Part shown: positions 46,992 to 58,859 of the stretch, piece by piece | How the letters are laid out: each line of letters begins with the position of its first letter | How positions within the stretch are numbered: position 1 is the stretch's first letter | NCBI GenBank assembly: GCA_030390025.1 | Contig: CM059425.1 | Span: forward strand, 260,896,001 to 260,960,000 | Origin: Squalus acanthias | Taxonomy: Eukaryota | Length of the DNA stretch: 64,000 nucleotides | Direction: 5' to 3' | Notes under the pieces: generated by a model | Told to the model about the DNA's origin: nothing | The model's input: the letters and a program-made list of their open reading frames with translations, nothing else | Database searches by the model: none | Made by a program: the position numbers and the translations under genes

Positions 46992-48939
46992 TGTAGGTGG
47001 TTTGCTCTGGTGGTTTGAATCACCCCTCCTACTTGGTTCTATACGACAGGAATTACAGTGAACAGGATTGGGACACAGACAAGCTTTTCAGACACAACCG
47101 TACGGTGTTTAATAAGGTTAACACACACACCCGCCTCCAGTACGTAAAATGCCTGGTGGCGTAAAACAAACAGTCCAACAATACAACTTGGCCCGTCGAA
47201 CAGGCCCCTGTCTCGTATTAAGACGCCTAAAATCACACTGTGTTGCAATACAGAGTATAAAATATACACAGAACCTCCCCACTAAACCCCTCTGGATTGG
47301 TTGGGACACACAACACCCCCTCACACAGTACCGGTGGTCTTAAGAATGCGTGGGCTTGGACAATGCTCACCCTGATTGTCCGTTTTCTTGCTCGCTGCTC
47401 CCCTGTGTAGAACGTGTCTCCTGGTTCCGTATCGCCGATACAGTATCCAAGTCCCAGTTTCGAGGTTCGTTCCTACAGCAGAAGAGCAAGACGTGAGGCT
47501 CTTGTCGCTCGTGGTGGTTTCGAGCAAGCGAGAGAGAGATAGAGAAATGGCAAAAGCTGCTTTCTTTATATACCCTAAAAGTTCACTCTGCCCTGTGTAG
47601 TTGCAGTAATGTCTTTTTAATCACCCTTCTTTGTCTGGTTTCCCGACTTTCGGGGCTATCCCATCTAGGTGCTGGTGATAATGGCAGATAATGGGCCGCA
47701 CTTCTCACCTGATCCTGGGTTAAGTGGCTTCCCATTAATTTACAATGGCCCTCTTTTGTCCGGTTACCGCCTTTCGGGGCTATCTCATCTAGGTGCTCGT
47801 CACCGTATGAGTCACCTCCCCGGACCCATTTGGGGAGAAATTCAGTATCGCCCCATTTGGGGCGCAATTATCGGCCGGGCGCAAAGATTAGCACCTGGTG
47901 CTAATTATCCCCTCCGACTGCAAACTTTTCTTTTGTCGCCCCTGGAGGTGATTGGAGCGCTAAATCAGGCGCTACACATCTGTCTTAAGGCGCAAAGGCC
48001 GAGGAGCCAGGCGCTAACTGAGAGCGCTGGCGAGGCGCTAACTCAGAGCGCTGGCGAAGCTCATGTGATGTCAGTCAGCAATGGAACACAGACACAATGG
48101 CGCCGGCCAGTTCTTAAAGGGGAGGGTTGATCTTGTTTTCCATCCACATCCTGCTCATTGCAGCCTTGAATCTCGGCCTGGAGAGACCTGTACATCAAAT
48201 CTGCTGGAAAGAACACTGCAGAGTACCAGGGAAAGAGCTCAGAGTGCAGCCCCCACAGTCTCTTCTAAATCGATACAAGGAAGGGCAAATAAAAATGAAC
48301 CTGCAAAGTGCTGCTCAGTACCCAAAACTCCTTCACACAGCGTTGAATCTGTCCAGAAGTCTCTCTCTCTCTCTCTCTATCTCAGAATGCGTGGTTAAAA
48401 AATATCACCAACAAAAAAAGGCAGGAAGCGGTCGCCTTTAAATAGCGCTCCCCCAGTCCCTTCCTGATTGCAAAACGCTCCCCTCAAACTGTCGTTGCCA
48501 GCGGCAGGCGGTAAGGCAGGGGGCACCACTCAATCTCCGCTCCGGGGCACTGCGCACTCGACTGATGTCACGATCTGCCGGCGCAGGAGGTCGTGGTGGT
48601 AGTGTTTAGCGCCACCGCAAAATGTCTAGTTAATTTCGCGAGCGGCGCAAACATCGTCGCGCCCGGGCACTAGTTGCTTTGCGCCCCATTAGCGCACTCT
48701 TAAGGTGCTAACGGGAGGCGCAACCAACTGAATTTTTCCCCCATTATCTTCCCAGAGAATTCTGTCTGCCCAGACATTCCACCATAATTAGTTAGTAGGC
48801 CTGGCTGGAATCTATTGTCCACGAACACCTGGGTCCCTCCCATCTTCTCCAAACAGGTTGCTGGTCAAATCAGCAGTAACAGTCATTCAAAATGTCCGAT
48901 ACAAAAAAAAAATCCTTGGGGCCTGCGTTGATGTTTACA
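46992..48939 (-). mobile_element. Solo LTR, TGTA...TACA, 4-bp TSD CATC, containing a MITE
   Basis: cttgcatc|tgtagg ... gtttaca|catctg; minus-strand TATATAAAG near 47570 and ATTAAA near 47110. Confidence 0.75.
47831..48742. mobile_element. Harbinger-like MITE, 3-bp TSD ATT
   Basis: TIRs tggggagaaattcagt / actgaatttttccccc; flanks ATT...ATT. Confidence 0.85.
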
Positions 48940-49031
48940 CATCTGACACACATACTGCCAGCTATTCAGTTATGACAGCCACATCACCCAGACACATTGC
49001 AGAACACTCACAAACACACTCAAAAAAAAAA

Positions 49032-51650
49032 GCTGGATCTGGTGCTGGGGAATGAGGTGGGCCAGGTCGACCAAGTGTCTGTGGGAGAACACTTGGCTAC
49101 GAGTGATCATCGTATCATTAGATTTAGATTCACAATGGAGAGGAGCAAGGACCAATCTAGAGTAGAACTTCTAAACTGGAATAGGGCTAACTTCAATGGG
49201 ATGTGAAAGGATCTAGCCAGGGTATAATGGAACCAAAGACTGACAGGAAAAACTGTAACGGAACAATGGGTCATCTTTAAGGAGGAGATTTTCCAAGTAC
49301 AGGCTAGGTACATTCAAACAAGAGGGAAGGGTAAGGGAACCAAAGCAAGGGCTCCTTGGATGACGAGGGAGATAGAGAAGATGATGAAACAAAAAAAAGA
49401 GGGTGTATGATGAATGTCAGGTGAATTCTTCAAGGGAGAACCAGACCAAATACAATAAGTTGAGAGGGGAAGTAAAGATGAAAATAAGATTGGCAGAGAG
49501 AGAATATGAGAGTAGAATGAGTAGAGGGAACCCAAAAATCTTCGACCGGCATGTAAACAGTAAGCAGGTCGTAAGAGGCGGGGTGGGGCCTAATAGAGAC
49601 AAAGAAGGCGTTATATGCTTAGAGGCCCAGGGCAAGGCTAGAATACTCAAAGAGTACTTTGTATCGGTGTTTACTAGGGAGGTGGATGCTAGCAAAATAT
49701 CGGTAGAAGTGGAAAAGGTAGAAGCAATGGAAGGGGTGAAAATTGATAGACAGGATGTACTAGAAAGACTGGGTATGCTTAGAGTGGATAGGTCGCCTGG
49801 TCCAGATGGCTTGCATCCCAGGTTGCTAAGGGAATTGGGGGAGGAGATAGCAGAAGGGCTTGCCATAATTTTCCAATCTTTCCTAGATGCGGGGGAGGTG
49901 CCTGAGGATTGAACAGTGGCAAATGTGACATTGGGCCAAAAATTGATGCCGCTACGCGAGAGTACGCACTGCGTACTCTCGCGTATTCTCTCTCCAATTG
50001 CCGGTTTTCTGCATGCACTGCGCATGCGCTGAAAACCGGCACTTGGTCTTTGGAAAAGGGGGCGGTTCCTCGGTGCACCGCGTGCGCGCTACAGGCTGCG
50101 CGCACGCTGTGCACTTAGTGCTTTGGACGCGCAGGTAAGGACGGAAGATTTTAGAAATGAAAAAAGGAGGAGTAAGACCCACTTTTAACAAGGTAAGTAG
50201 TGAATTAAGTATTATTTTGAATTTTTTTTAACAGGTATATCTTTTTTAGAGACTTTAAAGACAGGTAAGTTTATTTTTATAACTTTTTAAAAGATTTTAA
50301 ATTTTTTCAAAAATTTAATTTTTTATTTAAAATGGTTAATTTATTTAACTATACTTATTTTATTAATGTGATGGTTTTTTTTAAATTTAATTGAGGTTTA
50401 GCTGTTATTTTGGGGGTGTGTAAGATTCATAGCTTTCACAGCACGTATGTGAAACTTATGAATGGAAGATGGTGTGCTGCCATTGGCTCTAACTGAGTCA
50501 CGTGATCCCACAGCTCGCACGAATTCACTACGCCGGTGGGATACGCAAGCACTGCCCAGCTGATGTCTAGAACATCAAGTTCGTGCGAGCTGGATCTGAA
50601 AAAGCCAACGCGGAGTGAGAGATCGCGCCTGCTCCTTACCCCCGCGGGAACAGAGCGAGATCAATTTCTGGGCCATTATTGTTCAAGAAAGGGTGTAAGG
50701 ACAATCCTAGTAACTACAGGCCAGTCAGTTTAACATCAGTGGTGGGTAAAGTTTTAGAAACAATAATCAAGGAAAAAATTAACGGGCACTTGGAGAGATT
50801 TATGCTAATTAAGGAGAGCCAACACGGATTTGTAAAAGGCAGATCGAGTTTGACTAATCTAATTGAATTTTTTGCTGAAGTAACGGGGGATTGATGAAGG
50901 GAATGCAATGGATGTTGTCTACATGGATTTTAGGAAGGCGTTTGACAAAGTACCACATGGAAGGCTAGTTGACAAAATTGAGGCTCATGCATTAGGTGGG
51001 TCAGTGGCAGCTTGGATTAGGAATTGGCTTAAGGACAAAAAACAGCGAGTTGTGGTAAATGGCTGTTTTTCGGACTGGAGGATGGTAGACAGTGGTGATC
51101 CCCAAGGGTCAGTGCTGGGGCCACTGCTTTTTTGATGTATATAAATGACCTGGATATTGGAATACAGAGTAGAATTTCTAAATTTGCCAATGACACCAAA
51201 CTTGGTGGTGTGGCAAACAGTGATTATACCAAATGACTGCAGCAGGACATAGAAAGGCTAGCAGAATGGGCAGACAAGTGGCAGATGGAATTTAATACAG
51301 AGAAGTGTGAGGTGATGCATTTTGGCAGAAGGAACAGGGAGAGGCAATATACACTTAATGGCACAGTTTTAAAGAGAGTTCAGGGACAGAGGGACCTGGG
51401 AGTTAATGTGCATAGGTCCCTGAAAGTGGCAGGACATATTGAGAGAGTGTTAGCAAAGCATATGGGATCTAGGGCTTCATAGAGGTATTGAGCACAAAAG
51501 TAGAGAAGTTGTGCTGAACCTTTATAAAGCGCTGGTTAGGCCACAACTGAAGTATTGCATCCAGTTCTGGTCACTACACTTTAGGAAGGATGTGAAGGCC
51601 GTTGAGAGCGTGCAGAGGGGATTTACCAGAATGGTTCCAGGGATGGGGGA
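49032..51650 (+). mobile_element. Decayed CR1 ORF2 (paralog of 15185-16357), with MITE insert
   Basis: LDLVLGNE...SDH and RSPGPDGLHPR motifs; shares disabling mutations with copy 1. Confidence 0.88.
49933..50674. mobile_element. 742-bp MITE, flanking ATT direct repeat, absent from the duplicate copy
   Basis: TIRs gggccaaaaatt / aatttctgggcc; the corresponding site near 15380 is empty. Confidence 0.85.
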
Positions 51651-54600
51651 ATAAGAACATAAGAACATAAGAAATAGGAGCAGGAGTAGGCCAATCGGCC
51701 CCTCGAGCCTGCTCCGCCATTCAATAAGATCATGGCTGATCTGATCCTAACCGCCAATCTATCACAGAACCATCTCCTGCATCTAACAGAATTGCACACA
51801 CGAAATAGGAGCAGAATCAGGCTACACGGTCCCTGGGCCCGCTCCACTACCCACAGGGCCATGACCGATCCGAACCTAGACTCATGTCCAAATTCCTGCC
51901 CGCTCCCCGTAACCCTTAATGCCCTTTACTTCTAGGAAACTGTCTATTTCTGTTTTAAATTTATTTAATGATGTAGCTTCTACAGCTTTTTGTGGCAGCA
52001 TATTCCATGGACCTACCACCCTCTGAGTGAAGTAGTTCCTCCTCATCTCAGTTTTGAAAGTGCAGCCCCTTATTCTAAGACTATGTCCCCTAGTTCTAGT
52101 CTCACCCGTCATCGGGAACATCCTCCCCGCATCCACCCGATCCAACCCCTTCACAATCTTATATGTTTCAATAAGATCGCCTCTCATTCTTCTGAACTCC
52201 AATGAGTAGATTCCCAATCTACTCAACCTCTCCTCATATGACCACCCCCTCATCCCCGGGATTAACCGAGTGAACCTTTTTTGCACTGCCTCGAGAGCAA
52301 GGATGTCTTTCCTTAAGTAAGGACACCAAAACTGTATGCAGTATTCCAGGTGCGGTCTCACCAATACCTTGTACAACTGAAGCAATACCTCCCTATTTTT
52401 ATATTATATCCCCCTAGCAATGAAAGCCAACATTCCATTTGCCTTCTTAATCACTTGCTGCACCTACATACTAACCTTTTGAGTTTCGTGCACCAGGACC
52501 CCCAGATCCCTTTGCACTTCAGTACTCTCCAGTTTCTTGCCATTAAGATAATAAATTGCTCTAGGATTTTTCCTGCCAAAGTGCATCACCTCACACTTTC
52601 CAGTGTTGTATTCCATCTGCCAAATCTCTGCCCACTTACTTAGCCTGTCTATGTCCCCTTGCAGGTTTTTTATGTCCTCCTCACTCACTACTTTCCCTCC
52701 CATCTTTGTATCATCTGCAAATTTTGATATGTTACACTTGGTCCCTTCCTCCAAATCGTTAATATAGATTGTAAAGAGTTGGGGACCCAGCACTGAACCC
52801 TGTGGAACACCACTAGTTACTGATTGCCAGTCTGAGAATGAACCATTTATCCCAACTCTTTGCTTTCTGTTAGATAGCCAATCCTCTATCCATGCCAGAA
52901 TATTACCCCCAATCCCGTGATTTTTTACCTTAAGCAATAATCTTTTGTGTGGCACCTTGTCAAATGCCTTTTGGAAGTCTAAATACACTACATAGATACA
53001 TAGATACATAGAAGATAGGAGCAGGAGTAGGCCATCCGGCCCTTCGAGCCTGCTCCGCCATTTAATGAGATCATGGCTGATCCTCCAATTCAGTATCCCG
53101 TCCCCGCCTTCTCTCCGTAACCCTTAACCCCTTTTGCCTGTAGAAATATATCTAATTCCCTCTTAAATATATTTAATGAGCTGGCGTACACTGCCCTCTG
53201 TGGCAATGAGTTCCACATGTTCACCACCCTCTGAGTGAAGAAATTCCCCCTCATTTCTGTCCTAAATGGTTTAGCCCTTATCCTTAAATTATGTCCTCTA
53301 GTTCTGTTCTCACCCGCCAAGGGAAAAATTCCTTCTGCATCTAGTCTGTCTAGACCTGTCAGAATTTTATACACTTCTATGAGGTCCCCTCTCAATCTTC
53401 TAAACTCCAGTGTGTACATCCCTAAACTACATAGTCTCTCCTCATAGGTCAATCCCGCCATTCCTGGTATCAGCCTGGTGAATCGCCGCTGCACCCCCTC
53501 CATGGCAAGAACATCTTTCCTCAGATGAGGCGACCAAAACTGTACACAGTACTCGAGGTGTGGTCTCACCAGTGCCCTGTACAGCTGCAGCAAGGTATCC
53601 CTGTTCCTGTATTCCAACCCTTTTGCTATGAAGGCCAGCATACCGTTTGCCTTCTTGACCGCCTGTTGCACCTGCATGCTCGCCTTCAGTGACTGGTGTA
53701 CAAGAACACCCAGGTCTCTCTGTACTTCCCCTTCTCCCAATTTATTGCCATTTAAATAATAATTTGCCCTCCCGTTCCTGCACCCAAGGTGGATAACTTC
53801 GCACTTGTCCACATTATAGTGCATCTGCCATTTATCCGCCCAATCACCCAGTCTGTCCAAATCGCTCTGGAGCTTCCTGGTCTCCTCCTCTGAGCCCACC
53901 CCCGCTCCTAGTTTAGTGTCGTCTGCAAATTTGGAAATGCTGCATCCGACTCCCTGATCCAGGTCATTAATGTAAATTGTGAACAGCTGGGGACCCAGGA
54001 CAGATCCCTGTGGTACCCCACTTGTTACTGCCTGCCATTCAGAAAATGAGCCGTTTATTCCAACTCTCTGTTTTCTATCTGACAGCCAGTTCTCTATCCA
54101 CGTCAATACTTTCCCCTTTATCCCATGAGTTTCAATTTTCCATGCTAATCTTTTATGTGGGACCTTATCGAAGGCCTTTTGGAAGTCCAGGTACACCACA
54201 TCTACTGGCTCTCCCCCATCTATTTTACCAGTTACTCCCTCAAAAAATTCCAATAGATTAGTCAAGCACGATTTACCCTTTGTAAATCCATGTTGACTCT
54301 GTCCTATCCTGTCCCCATTTGCTAAGTGCTCCGCTATTTCATCCTTAATGATGGACTCCAGCATTTTGCCCACAACTGATGTAAGGCTTACAGGTCTGTA
54401 ATTACCTGCTTTTTCCCTACCCCCCTTTTTGAATAGTGGGGTAACGTTAGCTACCCTCCAATCCATGGGCACTGTTCCCGAGTCTAATGAATTCTGAAAA
54501 ATCATACTTAGTGCATCCGCTATCTCTAGGGCCACCTCCTTCAGTACCCTAGGATGCATGTTATCAGGCCCTGGGGATTTGTCCGCCTTCAATCCCTTTA

Positions 54601-57565
54601 GCTTCCTTAACACCATATCCTTAGAGATATTGATTTGCGTCAGTTCCTCCTTTGCCAATGTCCCTATTTTTCCCGATATCCCAGGGAGGTTTTTTGTGTC
54701 TTCCTTCGTAAAGACTGACCCAAAGTATGCATTTAGTTGGTCTGCCATTTCCTTATTTCCCGTTATATATTCCCCCGTATCTGACTGCAATGGACCAACT
54801 TTGGTTTTCACCAGTCTTTTCCTCTTGATATACTTATAAAAGCTTTTGGAGTTAGTTTTTATATTTTCCGCCAGCTTGCTTTCGTTAGCTATTTTGCCCC
54901 TCTTGATTAAGCCCTTTGTCCTCCTTTGCTCTCTCTTAAACTGTTCCCAATCTTCCGCTCTGGCGCTTTTTTTGGCTATTTTATACGCCCTATCTTTGGA
55001 TTTTATGCTGTCTCTAATTTCCCCTGTTATCCACGGTTGAGTCACCTTTTTAGATTTCCTTTTATGCCAGATTGGTATAAACAATTTTTGCAATTTTGTC
55101 ATTCTATCTTTAAATGCTTGCCATTGTTTATCTACCTCCAGTCCTCCCAGGAACGTTGTCCAATCAGACCTACTCAGTTCCCGTCTAATGGCATCATAAC
55201 TCCCCTTGTTTAAATTCAGGACCTTAGTCTCTGAGTCAATTTCTTCGCTCTCCATTTCGAGTGAGAAATCGATCATGTTATGATCGCTCTGACCCAAGGG
55301 TCCCCGTACAACAAGATTACTAATTAGTCCCTTCTCATTGCACAGTACCCAGTCCAATATAGCCTGTTCCTACGTCCACTGGTTCCCCTTTATCCACTCT
55401 ATATGTTACTTCCTCAAAGAACTCCAGCAAATTTGTCAAACATGACTTCCCCTTCGTAAAACCATGCTGACTTTGTCCTATTAAATTATGATTATCCAAA
55501 TGTCCTGTTACTGTTTCCTTAATAATGGACTCCAAAATTTTACCTACCACAGATGTTAGGCTAACCGGTCTATAGTTACCAGCCTTCTGTCTGCTGCCCT
55601 TTTTAAATAAGGGTGTTACATTAGCAGTTTTCCAGTCTGCTGGGACCTTAGCGGAATCCAGGGAGTTTTGAAAAATTATTACCAATGCATCTACAATCCC
55701 TACCGCCACTTCCTTCAAGACTCTAGGATGTAAGCCATCAGGTCCAGGTGATTTATCCGCCTTGAGTCCCATTATTTTACCGAGTACCACTTCCTTAGTG
55801 ATTTTGATCGTGTTTAGCTCCTCTCCCCCTATAGCCCCCTGTTTGTCCAGTGTTGGGATATTCTTAGTGTCCTCTACTCTAAAGACTGATACAAAATATT
55901 CATTCAGTGTTTTTGCCATCTCCATATTTCCCACCATTAATTTCCCGGTCTCATCCTCTAAGGGACCAACATTTACTTTAGCCACCCTTTTTCTTTTTAT
56001 ATAACTATAAAAACTCTTACTATCTGTTTTTATATTTTTTGCTAATTTACTTTCATAATCTATCTTCCCTTTCTTAATCAATCTTTTTGTTATTTTTTGC
56101 TGCCTCTTAAAGTTTTCCCAATCCTCTGTCCTCCCACTAGATTTCGCTACCTTATATGCCCTTGTTTTTAGTCGAATACTATCCTTAATTTCTTTACTTA
56201 GCCACGGATGACTGTCCTTTCTTTTACACCCTTTTCTTTTCAGTGGAATATATTTTTTTTGGAAGTTGTAAAATAACTCCTTGAATGTACACCACTGATC
56301 ATGTGTCGTCTTACCCTTTAATCTATTTTCCCAATCCACTCTACTCAATTCCGCTCGCATACCTTCATAATCTCCTTTATTCAAGCTTAGCACGCTTGTT
56401 TGAGATCCAACCTTCTCACCCTCTAATTGAATATGGAATTCAACCATGTTATGGTCACTCATTCCAAGGGGATCCTTTACTAGGACATTTTTAATTAATC
56501 CTGTCTCGTTACACAGGACCAGATCTAAGGTTGCTTGCCCCCTGGTTGGTTCAGTTACATACTGCTCAAGAAACCCATCCCTAATACACTCAATGAACTC
56601 ATCCTCAAGGCAGCCCTGCCCCATTTGATTTGTCCAATTAATATGATAGTTAAAATCCCCCATAATTATAGATGTTCCCTTATTACATGCCTCAACTATT
56701 TCCTGATTGATACTCCGTCCAACAGAGTTGCAACTGTTCGGAGGCCTATAGACTACGCCCACTAGTGTTTTTTTCCCCTTATTATTCCTTATCTCCACCC
56801 AAACTGTTTCATGATCATGATTTTTTGACCCAATATCATTACTCTGTATTACAGTGATTCCTTCCTTTATTAACATAGCCACCCCACCTCCCCTTCCTTC
56901 CTGCCTGTCCTTCCTGATCGTTAAATAACCTGGTATGTTTAATTCCCAGGCATTGTCACCCTGCAGCCATGTTTCTGTAATGGCCACAATATCATAACCA
57001 TATGTAGTTATTTGTGCCATTAACTCGTCTATTTTGTTACGAATGCTACGTGCATTCAGATAGAGAACTTTCAAATATGCTTTGTGGCACTTAGTTCCTG
57101 CTTTTTCACTTTTTACCACTTTACCTTTTACTCCACACACTCTGTCCCTTCCTGCCACGCTCTGATTTGTGATTCCCCTACTGCTACCTATGTCTATGAC
57201 CCTCTCTGTTGTCATTTTTATTTTTTGCTCTCTTGAAACCTCCCCCCCACTAATTAGTTTAAAGCCCTCTCCACAGCCCTAGTTATTCGATTCGCCAGGA
57301 CACTAGTCCCAGCACTGACCAAGTGAAGTCCGTCCCAACGGAACAGCTCTCTCCTGCCCCAGTACTGGTGCCAGTGTCCCAAGAAGCAAAACCCATTTTT
57401 CCCACACCAGTCTTTGAGCCACGCATTCAACTCCCTGATTTTATTTACCCTAGCCAAATTTGCTCGTGGCTCAGGTAGTAATCCAGAGATTATTACCCTC
57501 GAGGTTCTGCTTTTTAATTTGGCCCCTAGCTGCTCAAACTCCCTCAGCAGAACCTCTTTCCTTGT
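51651..57565 (-). mobile_element. Young near-full-length CR1 LINE (ORF1 end, ORF2 EN-RT), interrupted by a nested CR1
   Basis: ORF open from 57215 to 55371, resuming at 52987 with one nonsense codon; (TTCTTATG)n tail at 51651. Confidence 0.95.
52992..55369 (-). mobile_element. Very young nested 5'-truncated CR1, TSD CTAC
   Basis: Uninterrupted 755-aa ORF to the natural stop; (TATCTATG)n tail; splits the host ORF at EPVDV|VYLDF. Confidence 0.95.
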
Positions 57566-58859
57566 CCTAGAGATACAGGGGGGATGTGAGGAAAAACTTT
57601 TTTAAGCAGTGAGGACCTGGAACTCGCTGCCGACGGAAGTGGTGGAAGCAGAGACACTCAATGTTTTCAAGGGGAGACTGGATAGGCACTTGAGGGAAAT
57701 AAACTTGCAGGGCTATGGGGATAGAGCGTGGGAATGGGACTGACTGGATCGCTCTACAGAGAGCTGGCACGGACTCGACGGGCCGAATGGCCTCCTTCTG
57801 TACCGTTATGACTCTATGTCACATTAACAGACACACATGTTGTTTCATACTTCATCAAATCAGGTATAAGGAGGATGAGAATTTTTTTTTACACAGTGAG
57901 TTGTTATGATCTGGAATGCGCTGCCTGAAGGGGCGGAGGAAGCAGATTCAATAGTAACTTTCGAAAGGGAATTGGAGAAATACTTGAAGGGTAAAAATTT
58001 GCAGGGTTATGGGGAAAGAGCAGGGGGGAATGGGACTCGTTGGAGAGCTCTACCAAAGAGCCGGCACAGGCACAATGGGCCGAAAGGCCTCCTTCTGTGC
58101 TGCATCATCCTATGAAATGTAGTGCCAGTCGATGCGAAGGAGGAGCCAATGTTCATACACACACAATTGTTTATTTAGAGCACTGTTCACAATCATTGCA
58201 GCTCCACCATGTAACTTTGATACACTGACAGCAAAAGCACAGATTCACTCTGAGATCAGCTATTGAAAGCTGGCTGACCTCCAGCAGAATCTCCCGTCAC
58301 AGCCGATGAGTTGGAAACAGCAGCCAGTTTTTTTTTTATTCGTTTATGGGATGTGGGCGCCGCTGGCAAGGCCAGCATTTATTGCCCATCCCTAATCGCC
58401 CTTGAGAAGGTGGTGGTGAGCCGCCTTCTTGAACCGCTGCAGCCATTGTGGTGAAGGTGCTCCTACAGTGCTGTTAGGGAGGGAGTTCCAGGATTTTGAC
58501 CCAGCGACAATGAAGGAACGGCCGATATACTTCTAAGTCAGGATGGTGTGTGACTTGGAGGTGGTGGTGTTCCCATGCGCCTGCTGCCCTTGTCCTTGAT
58601 CATGGGTTTGGGTTTGGGAGGTGCTGCTGAAGAAACCTTGGCGAGTTGCTGCAGTGCATCTTGTAGATGGTACACACTGCAGCCACGGTGTGCCGGTGGT
58701 GGAGGGAGTGAATGTTTAAGGTGGTGGATGGGATGCCAATCAAGCAGGCTGTTTTGTCCTGGATGGTGTCGAGCTTCTTGTGTGTTGTTGGAGCTGCACT
58801 CATCCAGGCAAGTGGAGAGTATTCCATCACACTCCTGACTTGTGCCTTGTAGATGGTGA

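Larger units (their letters stand above)
46281..49030 (+). mobile_element. Harbinger-like transposon relic with decayed Myb/SANT ORF, hosting a solo LTR
   Basis: ORF 46576-46794 RAPRFSDTALEALAQEMERRRDIL and, after a frameshift, KKFNYLTR; begins ggggggttaaatt; right boundary approximate. Confidence 0.6.

Noticed and set aside
53090-57215. Long ORFs (755 and 626 aa) as host genes or domesticated RTs
   Set aside because: Typical CR1 ORF2 with tails, TSD and 5' truncation; the open frames reflect young age.
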